Positions 29,303 to 37,780 of a DNA stretch of 64,000 nt are shown piece by piece. The DNA comes from a virus (Duplodnaviria > Caudoviricetes): the IMG/VR virus record IMGVR_UViG_3300049988_000286, positions 224,001 to 288,000 of that record. One strand, 5' to 3'. The number at the start of each line of letters is the position of its first letter. Positions within the stretch are counted from its first letter, which is position 1. A program made the position numbers and the translations under genes. The notes under the pieces were generated by a model. The model was given only the letters and a program-made list of their open reading frames with translations. It did not search any database and was not told where the DNA came from.

Positions 29303-29407
29303 CGAAACGCATGGCTGCGCTTCCTTCTAAAACTCTTTTGGATAGAAAAATAGCTGGCCGATTTGTTTCACCAAGACCCCGCCGGGAGCGATCCCTGCGG
29401 GGTTTTT
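29303..29407 (+). ncRNA. candidate ~105-nt small RNA
   Basis: Near-consensus promoter followed after ~75 nt by a terminator; no SD-led ORF. Confidence 0.4.
29376..29407 (+). terminator. intrinsic terminator
   Basis: ACCCCGC.GGGA GCGA TCCC.GCGGGGT followed by TTTT. Confidence 0.8.
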
Positions 29408-29411
29408 GCGT

Positions 29412-29981
29412 TTAGCGCTTGCGGGGCCGCTTGACTACTTTGGCAGCGGTGATGTGAACACTCGATCCCCGCAAAATCACTTCCTGCTGCTGCTCGTAGC
29501 GCTCAAACTGGTACAGGATGTCGTCAAAGTATCGCGGATCGATTTCTGCGGGTTTGGTCTTTAGCCACGAGAGAACGTCTGACACGCAGAGCACGATCGC
29601 GCGGCGGTTCTTCTGCACGTCTGCGGAAAACACCACTCCGTAGCGCCCACCATAGTCTTTCGCAAACTCCTCGGCGACGGTGAAGTTGGGTGACCACGAC
29701 TGCATCTTCTTCAACGCGGTCTTGACCTTGCCGGATTGAAAATCCTGCACATCATCGAACCCCACCCCTCGGTAGAGGGTGCCGGTCAGAGTGTCGCGCG
29801 CCGCGCCGGGAACGCGCGCGGCGATTGCCTTCATCGCATCATAGTATGGCTTTGGTGAGAAACGCTCACCCTCGTCATTGATCAACGACATGGCATCGCC
29901 ATTGAGCCAGTCACCTACCGTCCACAGGGTGGAAGTGAGATCGTCGTCATGATCTTCGAGTAGGTTGATCCAGTTGCGCAT
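29412..29981 (-). CDS. ADP-ribosyltransferase-like protein, R-S-E clade
   Basis: TLYRG, QSWS, QQEVIL; N-terminus MRNWINLLE; TAAATA-N4-ATG. Confidence 0.75.
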   Translation of the reverse strand: MRNWINLLEDHDDDLTSTLWTVGDWLNGDAMSLINDEGERFSPKPYYDAMKAIAARVPGAARDTLTGTLYRGVGFDDVQDFQSGKVKTALKKMQSWSPNFTVAEEFAKDYGGRYGVVFSADVQKNRRAIVLCVSDVLSWLKTKPAEIDPRYFDDILYQFERYEQQQEVILRGSSVHITAAKVVKRPRKR

Positions 29982-29996
29982 CCCCTATTTAGGGGA

Positions 29997-30335
29997 TCAG
30001 CGTCCCGCCAACGGCTTCATGACCTGATCCCGCACCGCGATCTGGCCCGCTCGGGCGATGGCGCGGCACTGCTCGACCTCGCCCCGGAAGGCGATGCGGC
30101 GAATGGCTTCGAGATAGGGGCGTGCAATGTTGTCGGCGAGGTTGCGCTGATCGCTCGCCTGATTCCACGTCATACGCCCGCCGCGATCGACATCCATCCG
30201 ATAGGTCAGCGCTTTGAAGTCACCGACCAATCCCTGTAGATCGTTATAGGCCGTGCGGCACGCAATCACGCGCTCCCGCGATGGCTCCGGGAGATCGCGG
30301 TAGGCGAGTTGAAGAAGGAGAGCCGCGATCACCAC
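29997..30335 (-). CDS. hypothetical protein
   Basis: Operon-coupled ORF. Confidence 0.6.
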   Translation of the reverse strand: MVIAALLLQLAYRDLPEPSRERVIACRTAYNDLQGLVGDFKALTYRMDVDRGGRMTWNQASDQRNLADNIARPYLEAIRRIAFRGEVEQCRAIARAGQIAVRDQVMKPLAGR

Positions 30336-30493
30336 GGCTGATAGTCCTTGTCAAATTCCTTCATCCGAATAGAATCGGATGCAACCTCGGCCCCCTGATA
30401 GGTCAGAGAAACTCGAAGATAGCCGTTACCGTCGATGACCTGTCGCGACAGGTTGATATCCAGTCGGCCAATGATCGTCTCTGCGTCTTCCAT
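30329..30493 (-). CDS. small hypothetical protein (paralogue of 44107-44277)
   Basis: YLRVSLTYQGAEVASDSI. Confidence 0.6.
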   Translation of the reverse strand: MEDAETIIGRLDINLSRQVIDGNGYLRVSLTYQGAEVASDSIRMKEFDKDYQPW

Positions 30494-30534
30494 AATCGTT
30501 CTCCCAGCCCCGTGTAGCACGACTGGGAGAAAGA

Positions 30535-31293
30535 TCAATTACGAACTGCGCGCAGACGCTCCTGCTGCTCCGGAGAGAGTTTGGGATAGGTGGGGTTGAT
30601 CTCGATGAAGAGATCGAACGACCCACCCTCGCGCTTCGGCATCCCCCTGCCGGGCACCCGCAGCCGAGTATGGTGGCTCGTCCCCGCTGGGATCGTGACG
30701 GAGACCGTGGTACCCGCGATCGTCATGACATCCACTTTGGTCCCAAGGACGAGATCGAGCACATCGACGTTCTCGACAACGAGGAGATCGCCCCCACCGT
30801 AGGCGAAGCGCTCATGCGTCTCGAAGACGACAAAGACATAGAGGTCGCCGGGCGGGAGGTCGCTGAACTGACGACCTCCCTCACCCTCTACACGCAGTCT
30901 CTGACCCTCACGAATCCCTTTGGGGATCGAGAGAGTGACGATGCGATTATCAACCTCGAAGGTGAGTTCATGCCCCGCATAGGCTTGTTCGAGGGTGATC
31001 TCCACCCTGACTTGCGAATCATGGTTCTGGCGCGGCGGCGGGGCGAAGTCTTGGAAGTGCCACGTAAAGCCCGGCCCGAACGGATTATCTCCGAACGGGT
31101 GATGCTGCTGTTGCTGCGGCTGGGGCTTCGTCAACGTCTCGTAGGCGGTCTGGATTTCACGGAACTTAACCTTGCTCTCCTCGGAATCGCCATTGCGATC
31201 CGGGTGATGCTGCATGGCGAGTTTCCGATACGCGGACTTGATGGTCTTCTCGTCCGCGCCGGGATCGATCCCCAGAACCTGATAAGCGTTCAA
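30535..31293 (-). CDS. dnaJ: DnaJ/CbpA-type chaperone (no Zn finger)
   Basis: J-domain with HPD, G/F-rich linker, C-terminal PGDLYV and LRVPGRGMP. Confidence 0.92.
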   Translation of the reverse strand: MNAYQVLGIDPGADEKTIKSAYRKLAMQHHPDRNGDSEESKVKFREIQTAYETLTKPQPQQQQHHPFGDNPFGPGFTWHFQDFAPPPRQNHDSQVRVEITLEQAYAGHELTFEVDNRIVTLSIPKGIREGQRLRVEGEGGRQFSDLPPGDLYVFVVFETHERFAYGGGDLLVVENVDVLDLVLGTKVDVMTIAGTTVSVTIPAGTSHHTRLRVPGRGMPKREGGSFDLFIEINPTYPKLSPEQQERLRAVRN

Positions 31294-31294
31294 A

Positions 31295-31657
31295 TCACTT
31301 TCCCTTGAGGCACGCCTTAGCGTCTTTGTCGTTGTTCATCGCGTCATATACACAAAGATAGACATCAATGACATTATTAAGTTGATGGGCAACATCGTTG
31401 TACATGCGATCCGTGACAACCCCGGCGTTGGTCTGGCCCGCCACGGTGGGATCGGTGAGGGCAGGAAGCTGACCGGCCTTCTTCGCCAACGAGGCGGGGA
31501 GTTCGGGCACCTTCGGCGGCGGGGCTTTGCCGATCGTCTCACCATTGATGATGATTTCGCTCGGTGTCGAGATGTTGGTGGGTCGCGGCTTGTCGAGCAC
31601 GCTGGTCATGCAGCCCGAGAGCAGCAGGGCGGCGAGGACGATGATTGACTTCTTCAC
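31295..31657 (-). CDS. o-spanin-like outer-membrane lipoprotein
   Basis: KK + hydrophobic + lipobox LLSGC, Pro-rich; follows the i-spanin candidate. Confidence 0.75.
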   Translation of the reverse strand: MKKSIIVLAALLLSGCMTSVLDKPRPTNISTPSEIIINGETIGKAPPPKVPELPASLAKKAGQLPALTDPTVAGQTNAGVVTDRMYNDVAHQLNNVIDVYLCVYDAMNNDKDAKACLKGK

Positions 31658-31661
31658 AGGT

Positions 31662-32093
31662 TCACTCCTTTGGTCCAAGAGCGCGGATGGCGTTGCGCTC
31701 GCTCAAAATCTGCGGAGTGAGGCTGCACTCCTCGGACTTCCACATCGGCACAGTATCCACGACTGTGGCGATCTTGTCCGCTTTCTTCTGCTCCACCTTG
31801 TCGCGCTTCTCCGCCTCCTTCACCTTGTCCTTGGCGAATTCGTCCACGCCCTCTTGTGACTTCTTCTCAATCGCGCGGTTCACGACATCACGCTTGCCGA
31901 TCTCCTGCCTGACCTTTGACAAGGTGGCATTGACGCCACGGTTGAACCCGCGCGCCTCGATCGCCCGCACGCCAGCGCGGACAGCCAAGAGGAGCATAAC
32001 CACTCCGATCGCGACGAGGATGTATTTGCCATAATGCTTGAGGAAGCCTTTGACACGGAGCAGAAGAGCAGTGGCGGTAACGGGGTCGATCAT
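31662..32093 (-). CDS. i-spanin-like protein
   Basis: Single N-terminal TM helix, coiled coil, C-terminal Cys; TAAATA upstream. Confidence 0.75.
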   Translation of the reverse strand: MIDPVTATALLLRVKGFLKHYGKYILVAIGVVMLLLAVRAGVRAIEARGFNRGVNATLSKVRQEIGKRDVVNRAIEKKSQEGVDEFAKDKVKEAEKRDKVEQKKADKIATVVDTVPMWKSEECSLTPQILSERNAIRALGPKE

Positions 32094-32179
32094 GAGAAAT
32101 CTCCTTTCCGGTATTTAGTCCATACCTTTCTCTTGATATTACGCAGTTCTATGGTAGGCCTCTGGTGAGAGGACGAATA

Positions 32180-32653
32180 ATGCGTTTCACCATCTGGACC
32201 TTCTTTGGTCTGATCTTTTTCGGCGTAGTGGCCATGAACGCGACCAAATCGTTCGCGCCATTGGAGCGCCTGTACGTCAACCTCGGCTTCATCACCGATC
32301 CTAACACGATCATGACCAACATCGGAACTGTGCAGTGGCGCGGTGAAGAGCGAACGTTGCTGGTCTCGGTCAGCAACACGACGAGCGAGCCTTACCATAG
32401 GTTCAACCTTGACTGTGAGACACACGAAGGACGTATCTTCTCCATTCTAGATCGATCCGGCATCCGTCCTGACCGACAGAATGATGTGCGGGTCTACCGG
32501 CTATCAAATGCGGCGATCTCCAACGCGAAGTTCTGCGTCACTGCCGATGTGGAGAGGGGCAAACCCACACCATGGCTTCCCGGAATGGAGCCGCGTGATA
32601 ATGATGATCGGTTGGCGATCACGGATGCAGAGATTCCCGAGGACATTGAATGA
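32180..32653 (+). CDS. membrane-anchored hypothetical protein
   Basis: N-terminal hydrophobic helix; GAGGA SD. Confidence 0.7.
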   Translation: MRFTIWTFFGLIFFGVVAMNATKSFAPLERLYVNLGFITDPNTIMTNIGTVQWRGEERTLLVSVSNTTSEPYHRFNLDCETHEGRIFSILDRSGIRPDRQNDVRVYRLSNAAISNAKFCVTADVERGKPTPWLPGMEPRDNDDRLAITDAEIPEDIE

Positions 32654-32659
32654 GGTGTG

Positions 32660-33215
32660 TTCGCTAGCGCTCACACGACCTATGATCACTCATTTGTGTT
32701 CAGCAAGCTTCACACAAACAATATGATCAACTGACAATACAGAGATGAGGTCATCATCCTCGGGAAGAATGGAACTTTCTATCCCCCTCCATGACCGATA
32801 CGCTTTTACAAGCAGACAATCTCTCGATTGCTCGACCATGGAGGGGGAAAGTAGCATCATCCTGCGGTTGTGAATGGCTCTCGCTGGCAGCTTCGGCGTC
32901 TATAGCCTAGCAGGTGGTCGCCCGTGACCCTGCATTACTGCCCTTTCCTGACACCTTTCGGTATCACGACGGTTATCTCATTTGAGAAGCGATACCGCCA
33001 AGCCGCGAATAATTGACCGGGCGGGATCGAAGAGTTGTCGGTTAGACATAGCTCTTCTCTTTACATGTGTCTCTTGTGTCCACCCTTGGTGGGACCGGCA
33101 ACACTCCCCGGTCGGCTACTCCGCCTAACGCCTTCCCGGAACACGGCCCCCTAGAGCGCCTTCAAAGTCCATCGAGCATGTCACTGATCAGGCGCGAGGC
33201 CCTTGAGTAATTTGA
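32660..33215 (-). ncRNA. candidate large structured ncRNA (~550 nt)
   Basis: No ORF >=60 aa; TTGACA at 33245-33250 pointing into it; many nested stems, with G.U pairs and a GAAA tetraloop favouring the minus strand. Confidence 0.55.
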
Positions 33216-33308
33216 GTCCTGTTGTAGAATCCTGCTCCGAGTCGTGTCAAATACATTTGAGACAATAGCCCTAAATAGAGGGAACTATTTCTTGAGAGTA
33301 CCCCGAGC

Positions 33309-34082
33309 GTGAACGCGATCATCGTAAGTCTTCAAAGTTTGATTGTGACCGTCCGCCGGAACTTCATGTCCAGCGTGGCGACCATGTTCATGCTTATCGC
33401 GGTGATCGTCGTTTGGAGCGCACGCGGCAACATTGCGACGTTCCTTGAGCGTAACCCCACCGCCGCGCAGGAGAAGGATCGTTTCGACCAGTCGATCGTC
33501 GCCGACGCACAGATCAACGAGACGTTGGAGCACATCCGCGCGACCATCAACGCCGATCGTGTGCTGATCCGCCAGTTCCACAATTCGAAAACCGATCTCA
33601 CGGGGCTGCCGTTCGCGAGCGTGTCCACGACCTATTACGCGTTCGGGCCGGGCATCACACTGACACCGGGAAGCTTCAACCCCTTCCCGCTTTCGACCGT
33701 GAACGAGGTTCTCGCGCAGATGTTTCAGCCCCATACGGAGCCCCAGTGTGCGATGACCACCACCTCGCAGATTCGCAACTCCGCCTACCAGCGGCTCCTT
33801 ATCTCGAACGGCGTCGCCCTCTTCTACTCGTGCCCGATCATGAACCTCCGTGGGCAACCGATCGGCTTCATCCTTGCCAGCTACCTTTCTGCGGAGAAGA
33901 AGCGGCCCAAGGACGACGCCATCAAGGCAATCATCGGCAACACCGGTGAGCGGGTGGTAGGCTACCTAGACGATGTGATCGCCAAGGAGAAGAAGCCTTG
34001 GTGGCAAGCGATCTTCGGCGGCAGTGAGAGGAAGAAGATCGAGCCACCGGTGTCATTGGAAACATCCGAAGTGAATAAATAA
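33309..34082 (+). CDS. T4 gp t-like holin (TM helix plus periplasmic GAF-like domain)
   Basis: One TM helix, ADRVLIRQFHN and YSCPIMNLRGQPIGFI (cf. T4 T YSCPYFNLDNIYAGTI); TAAATA at ~33272; near the spanins. Confidence 0.65.
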   Translation: MNAIIVSLQSLIVTVRRNFMSSVATMFMLIAVIVVWSARGNIATFLERNPTAAQEKDRFDQSIVADAQINETLEHIRATINADRVLIRQFHNSKTDLTGLPFASVSTTYYAFGPGITLTPGSFNPFPLSTVNEVLAQMFQPHTEPQCAMTTTSQIRNSAYQRLLISNGVALFYSCPIMNLRGQPIGFILASYLSAEKKRPKDDAIKAIIGNTGERVVGYLDDVIAKEKKPWWQAIFGGSERKKIEPPVSLETSEVNK

Positions 34083-34118
34083 TTTATGCAAAACTCGCTC
34101 GCCAAACCGGAGACCAAG

Positions 34119-34286
34119 ATGAAGGCCTCTACCAAGTTGCTCATTTCTGGCCTCCTCACCGTTCTGGCGGTCATTCTCGCGGGGACGATCTTTGATGGAC
34201 TGGGTGTCCTGTTTGGCCCTGAAGCGGCTGGTATGTCGGGCATCGCGGGATTGATCGCATCCTTCCGTCTCCTCTCCGGCACCTGA
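34119..34286 (+). CDS. small two-helix membrane protein
   Basis: Two hydrophobic segments directly after the holin. Confidence 0.55.
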   Translation: MKASTKLLISGLLTVLAVILAGTIFDGLGVLFGPEAAGMSGIAGLIASFRLLSGT

Positions 34287-34324
34287 ATATTGCGACGCGG
34301 GGTTCGGCCTCGTAGGATCACTGC

Positions 34325-34636
34325 ATGGAATACCTGATTGCCGCCATATTCTTCGCAGCCGGTTGGGGCGTGGGACGCCGCCGCACCGCGCCAAATCTTT
34401 TGACCGAGATCGTCAAGGAGCAGTTGACTACACTGCGCCTTGAGGAAATGGTAGAAGAGCGGCTTGCCACCATCGAGCCCCGCGTTGAGATCGACACCCA
34501 AGCCGTCTTCCACGCCAGCGCCGCCCTCGATCTAATCGAGACCCACGTTGAGGAGACCGGTATTCCGCTCTCCGTGGAGCATCAGGCAATCGTAGATGAG
34601 ATGCGTCCCTTTTATACAATTGAAACCACTCATTGA
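34325..34636 (+). CDS. membrane-anchored hypothetical protein
   Basis: TTGCGA-N17-TAGGAT-N6-ATG; hydrophobic N-terminus. Confidence 0.7.
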   Translation: MEYLIAAIFFAAGWGVGRRRTAPNLLTEIVKEQLTTLRLEEMVEERLATIEPRVEIDTQAVFHASAALDLIETHVEETGIPLSVEHQAIVDEMRPFYTIETTH

Positions 34637-35259
34637 GTCAGTGGGTTGACTTAGACGGGGCGGGTGGTCATTTCTCGGCGGAACAACTTCGGGTACCGCG
34701 ATCTCAAACTCTACATCTACGGGTTGATCAGCTTATTGCTTTGTATTGGCCTACGGTGTCGATACAATTGATCAGAGCTAACATTCCTATGATGCTCAGT
34801 TGGACCATCAACTGTTTGAAGTCCACGAGGCATTTCCATGCGGCACTATCTAGAAATAAGTGTCGTCAGTTACGATACCTTTTGTCATGTCCCACTACCG
34901 TTCGGTATAGCTGGGAGCAAGCAGGACGTGACCTAGCGAAGACGCTGGATGCAGCGGGTATATTGTATTCCTCTTGCGAAGATGGGCAATTTATACCTCT
35001 AGATAAACCCCCTCGTTTTATGAATTCTAAAAAATACACAAGTGGTTCTCGCGCAGTCAGAAGAACGTACAGTATGCACGCGCCAGTTGAAAGTTGGCCA
35101 GATATTGTCCGCTATCAACCCTCCTGTATATGGACGGCTAAAGCAGCCCATGTGATCGATAACGGTGTCGTGAAAACTTGGTTCCGATACACGTTTGATC
35201 GGAAATACGAGCGCGCTGCGGCTAAATTGAGCACCTGTCACACAGTAATATTGCCGTAA
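34633..35259 (+). CDS. low-GC hypothetical protein
   Basis: 208-aa ORF, visibly AT-richer than its neighbours. Confidence 0.6.
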   Translation: MSQWVDLDGAGGHFSAEQLRVPRSQTLHLRVDQLIALYWPTVSIQLIRANIPMMLSWTINCLKSTRHFHAALSRNKCRQLRYLLSCPTTVRYSWEQAGRDLAKTLDAAGILYSSCEDGQFIPLDKPPRFMNSKKYTSGSRAVRRTYSMHAPVESWPDIVRYQPSCIWTAKAAHVIDNGVVKTWFRYTFDRKYERAAAKLSTCHTVILP

Positions 35260-35286
35260 AGGATTCGATTCCGGTATGGTAAAGCC

Positions 35287-35814
35287 ATGTCGAATTGGGA
35301 ATACGTCGTGTGGGATATCGAAGCCAATGGCTTCCAACCTTCGACGATCTTCTGCATCTGTATCACTGATCTCTTGACGCAAGAGCAGCGGATGTTCACC
35401 GGTGACGAAATCGCCGATGCTTGTGTCTTGCTCCAAGAGGCCAAGATGATCGTGGGTCATTACATCCGGGGTTACGACTGCCCCGTCATCGAGCGCCTCA
35501 CCGGGGGTATGATCAAGTTCAAACCCGAGACGATCGTTGATACCCTCGATATGTCGAAGAAGCTGACCTCGCATAAGAAGCACGGGTTGGAGTTCTGGGG
35601 TGAGCGTTTCGGACTGCCTAAGATGCCCTCGCCGTTGTTTGAGCGCTACACCCCGGAGTTACTCCCGTATTGTCGCCGCGACGTGGACATCAACGTCAAG
35701 CTGTTCTTCCACCTGCTCGAAATCTATCTGGAGGCCCCTGTGGCAGAGTTTCGCAACCATGAGCGTCTTGCGCTCTTTGTCGAGGCCTTCGCGGCCCATA
35801 TCGCCAATGGGTGA
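35287..35814 (+). CDS. stand-alone DEDDy 3'-5' exonuclease (T7 Pol A exo-like)
   Basis: VWDIEANG, GHYIRGYD, DTLDMS, YCRRDV. Confidence 0.85.
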   Translation: MSNWEYVVWDIEANGFQPSTIFCICITDLLTQEQRMFTGDEIADACVLLQEAKMIVGHYIRGYDCPVIERLTGGMIKFKPETIVDTLDMSKKLTSHKKHGLEFWGERFGLPKMPSPLFERYTPELLPYCRRDVDINVKLFFHLLEIYLEAPVAEFRNHERLALFVEAFAAHIANG

Positions 35815-35966
35815 GATCAACCCCCGGTTTTCAATCGGCTACGAGACCGGTTTTGGTTGGGTGCTCCGTTGTGATGGGCGGATGATCGACCGCAGCGTCT
35901 GTGAGTATGATCTCCTCCATATTGCGCTTGATCCTCGAACCTTGCAGCAGATCGACGGTGGGAACT

Positions 35967-35996
35967 AAAAAGGGGAGCGCGAGCGCTCCCCTTTCC
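35967..35996. terminator. bidirectional terminator
   Basis: AAAAGGGGAGCG CGAG CGCTCCCCTTT. Confidence 0.85.
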
Positions 35997-36015
35997 ATTT
36001 CTGCGCCTTGTCGGA

Positions 36016-36891
36016 TTAGAGGCGCAGCATGGTCTTGATCATCTCCCAGTCGGCGGGATCGAGGGTGACATTGACCACCTGCTCGTCGCCGTCGCCGACC
36101 GTCTCGACCTGATCGGCATCGATCGCGGCCTTGAGGATGTTGGTCATCGCGGCCTTGAGCGACGGGCCGGTGGTGAGGGTCTTGGCGGTCACGCGGGCCT
36201 TGCCGGTGCTCGCCGCCTTCTTCACACCCTCCGCCAGCGCGTCAGCCGTCTTCGAGTCGTCGAAGCCGTTGGCCCGAGCAACCGACAGGGCGGTAGTGGA
36301 CGAAACCGTGCCGTCCTTGATCAGCGCCTTGACCTCGGTGGACAGCCCCGCGATATCGAGAAGCTGGGTGACACGCTGCTTCGACATGCCCGCCCGGTCC
36401 GCGATCTGCTGATCGGTCCAGCCGTGACCCTTGAGGCGCTTGATGACCGACGACTTGCCCAGCGGGGTGAGGGCGAGACCCGAGTTCTCGGTCAGGATGC
36501 CGAGCACCGAGTCGGCGTCGCTCTCGCTGCGGGCGGTCAGCTTGACCGGGATGGTGGCGATCTCCGCGCCGTAGACATCGATCGCCCGGATGGTGGCACG
36601 CAGACGGCACTCACCGTCCTTGAGGAGGAGGCGACCGCCCTTGTTGCGAACGGTGAGGGGACGCTGGATGCCGATCTCGGCGATCGACTTGGCGAGACCG
36701 TCGATGTGCTCGGCGACCTCGGCGGTCTCGAAGTCACGGACGTTGAAGCCGTCCTCGACCTCGATCAGGAGCGGGTTGATCTGGAAGATGTCGCTGCGGC
36801 CCTCGGCAAGCTGCTTGATGCCGCCGGTGCGCTTCGCAGCGAGGGTGGCGAGGTTCTGGCCGAAAGCGGAAGTGGGGGTCAGGCTGGTCAT
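36016..36891 (-). CDS. ParB/Srx N-domain plus HTH protein
   Basis: FNVR...IQRPLTVR...LKDGECRLRA, TENS, HTH WTDQQIADRAGMSKQRV. Confidence 0.85.
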   Translation of the reverse strand: MTSLTPTSAFGQNLATLAAKRTGGIKQLAEGRSDIFQINPLLIEVEDGFNVRDFETAEVAEHIDGLAKSIAEIGIQRPLTVRNKGGRLLLKDGECRLRATIRAIDVYGAEIATIPVKLTARSESDADSVLGILTENSGLALTPLGKSSVIKRLKGHGWTDQQIADRAGMSKQRVTQLLDIAGLSTEVKALIKDGTVSSTTALSVARANGFDDSKTADALAEGVKKAASTGKARVTAKTLTTGPSLKAAMTNILKAAIDADQVETVGDGDEQVVNVTLDPADWEMIKTMLRL

Positions 36892-37022
36892 CGTGCAATT
36901 CCCTCATAGGAGCGTTGATAGTGATGCTCATCTACTCGGTAGTTCGGTAGCGGTCAAGCGCTATTTGAATAAAAAATGCGCCGGGAAACGATTTTTGTTC
37001 GCAGGGGCATGGTTGACGCCGT

Positions 37023-37343
37023 TTGGTTGACCCGAAAATGCAGAGTCGTTACAGGCAAGTCATGAAACCTCCCCGTCAGACCGCCCGCGCAGTCCTATCC
37101 CGGTATCTCAACCAGCCCATTGGCGAAGAGAACCGCTTTGATGGCTCGCGTACTCGGCTCGCTATCTATTTCGCCAAAGGGTTCTACTGGTCGGCCCCGC
37201 CGGTGAGCGAACGACCAGTTACGGGTTGGGAATGGACACATATGGGCGATCATGAGGGTAGGCCGATCTTTCGCGCCACCATGCCCCCGGAGCGGCTCTG
37301 GTACACGAAGTCAGGCGTCCTGCAAGTCACCCTACCCGGTTGA
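37023..37343 (+). CDS. hypothetical protein
   Basis: W/Y-rich 106-aa ORF after a TTGAC promoter-like sequence. Confidence 0.55.
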   Translation: MVDPKMQSRYRQVMKPPRQTARAVLSRYLNQPIGEENRFDGSRTRLAIYFAKGFYWSAPPVSERPVTGWEWTHMGDHEGRPIFRATMPPERLWYTKSGVLQVTLPG

Positions 37344-37513
37344 GTGTCGCGGCCAGAATCCCGATTCTCCACTGGCTCTTCTTGATTGCCGATCTCGCGA
37401 TAGCGGCCACCCGCGTGGGGTGAGTAAACAAGCGTGCAATTTATGGATCGTATCTTAATGCCCCTCTGGGGATCACCACACCACGCGACAACACGGTGAT
37501 ACCCCACCGTCCC

Positions 37514-37780
37514 CTATTGCGCAATAATGATCGCCAGCGCGGCCTCGGCATAGCGCCGCCCACGTTCATCGACGGGTAGTCGATGAACTGATTTCGCTGT
37601 ATCGCCCCGGAGGATCGACTGGCGTTCTGCCACCCGTGCGATATGGCTGCCGGACAACTCACCCTTGTTGATTGCTCTGATACTCTGATCGATGAACCAT
37701 AGCCGCCTTCCCACAACGGGGAGAGCCGCCTCCGTCTCCAACATCGCCCGCGCCTGACTGGCGATGACTTCAGTTTTCAT
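37514..37780 (-). CDS. hypothetical protein
   Basis: Coupled to the upstream gene. Confidence 0.55.
   Translation of the reverse strand: MKTEVIASQARAMLETEAALPVVGRRLWFIDQSIRAINKGELSGSHIARVAERQSILRGDTAKSVHRLPVDERGRRYAEAALAIIIAQ

Noticed and set aside
33087-33150. tRNA-like or tmRNA element (GGGGCCG/CGGTCCC-ACCA) within the ncRNA candidate
   Set aside because: Only 64 nt, no TTCG T-loop or D-arm, no G3.U70, no tag ORF; the CCA is better explained as part of the GTCC.ACC/GGTGGAC hairpin.
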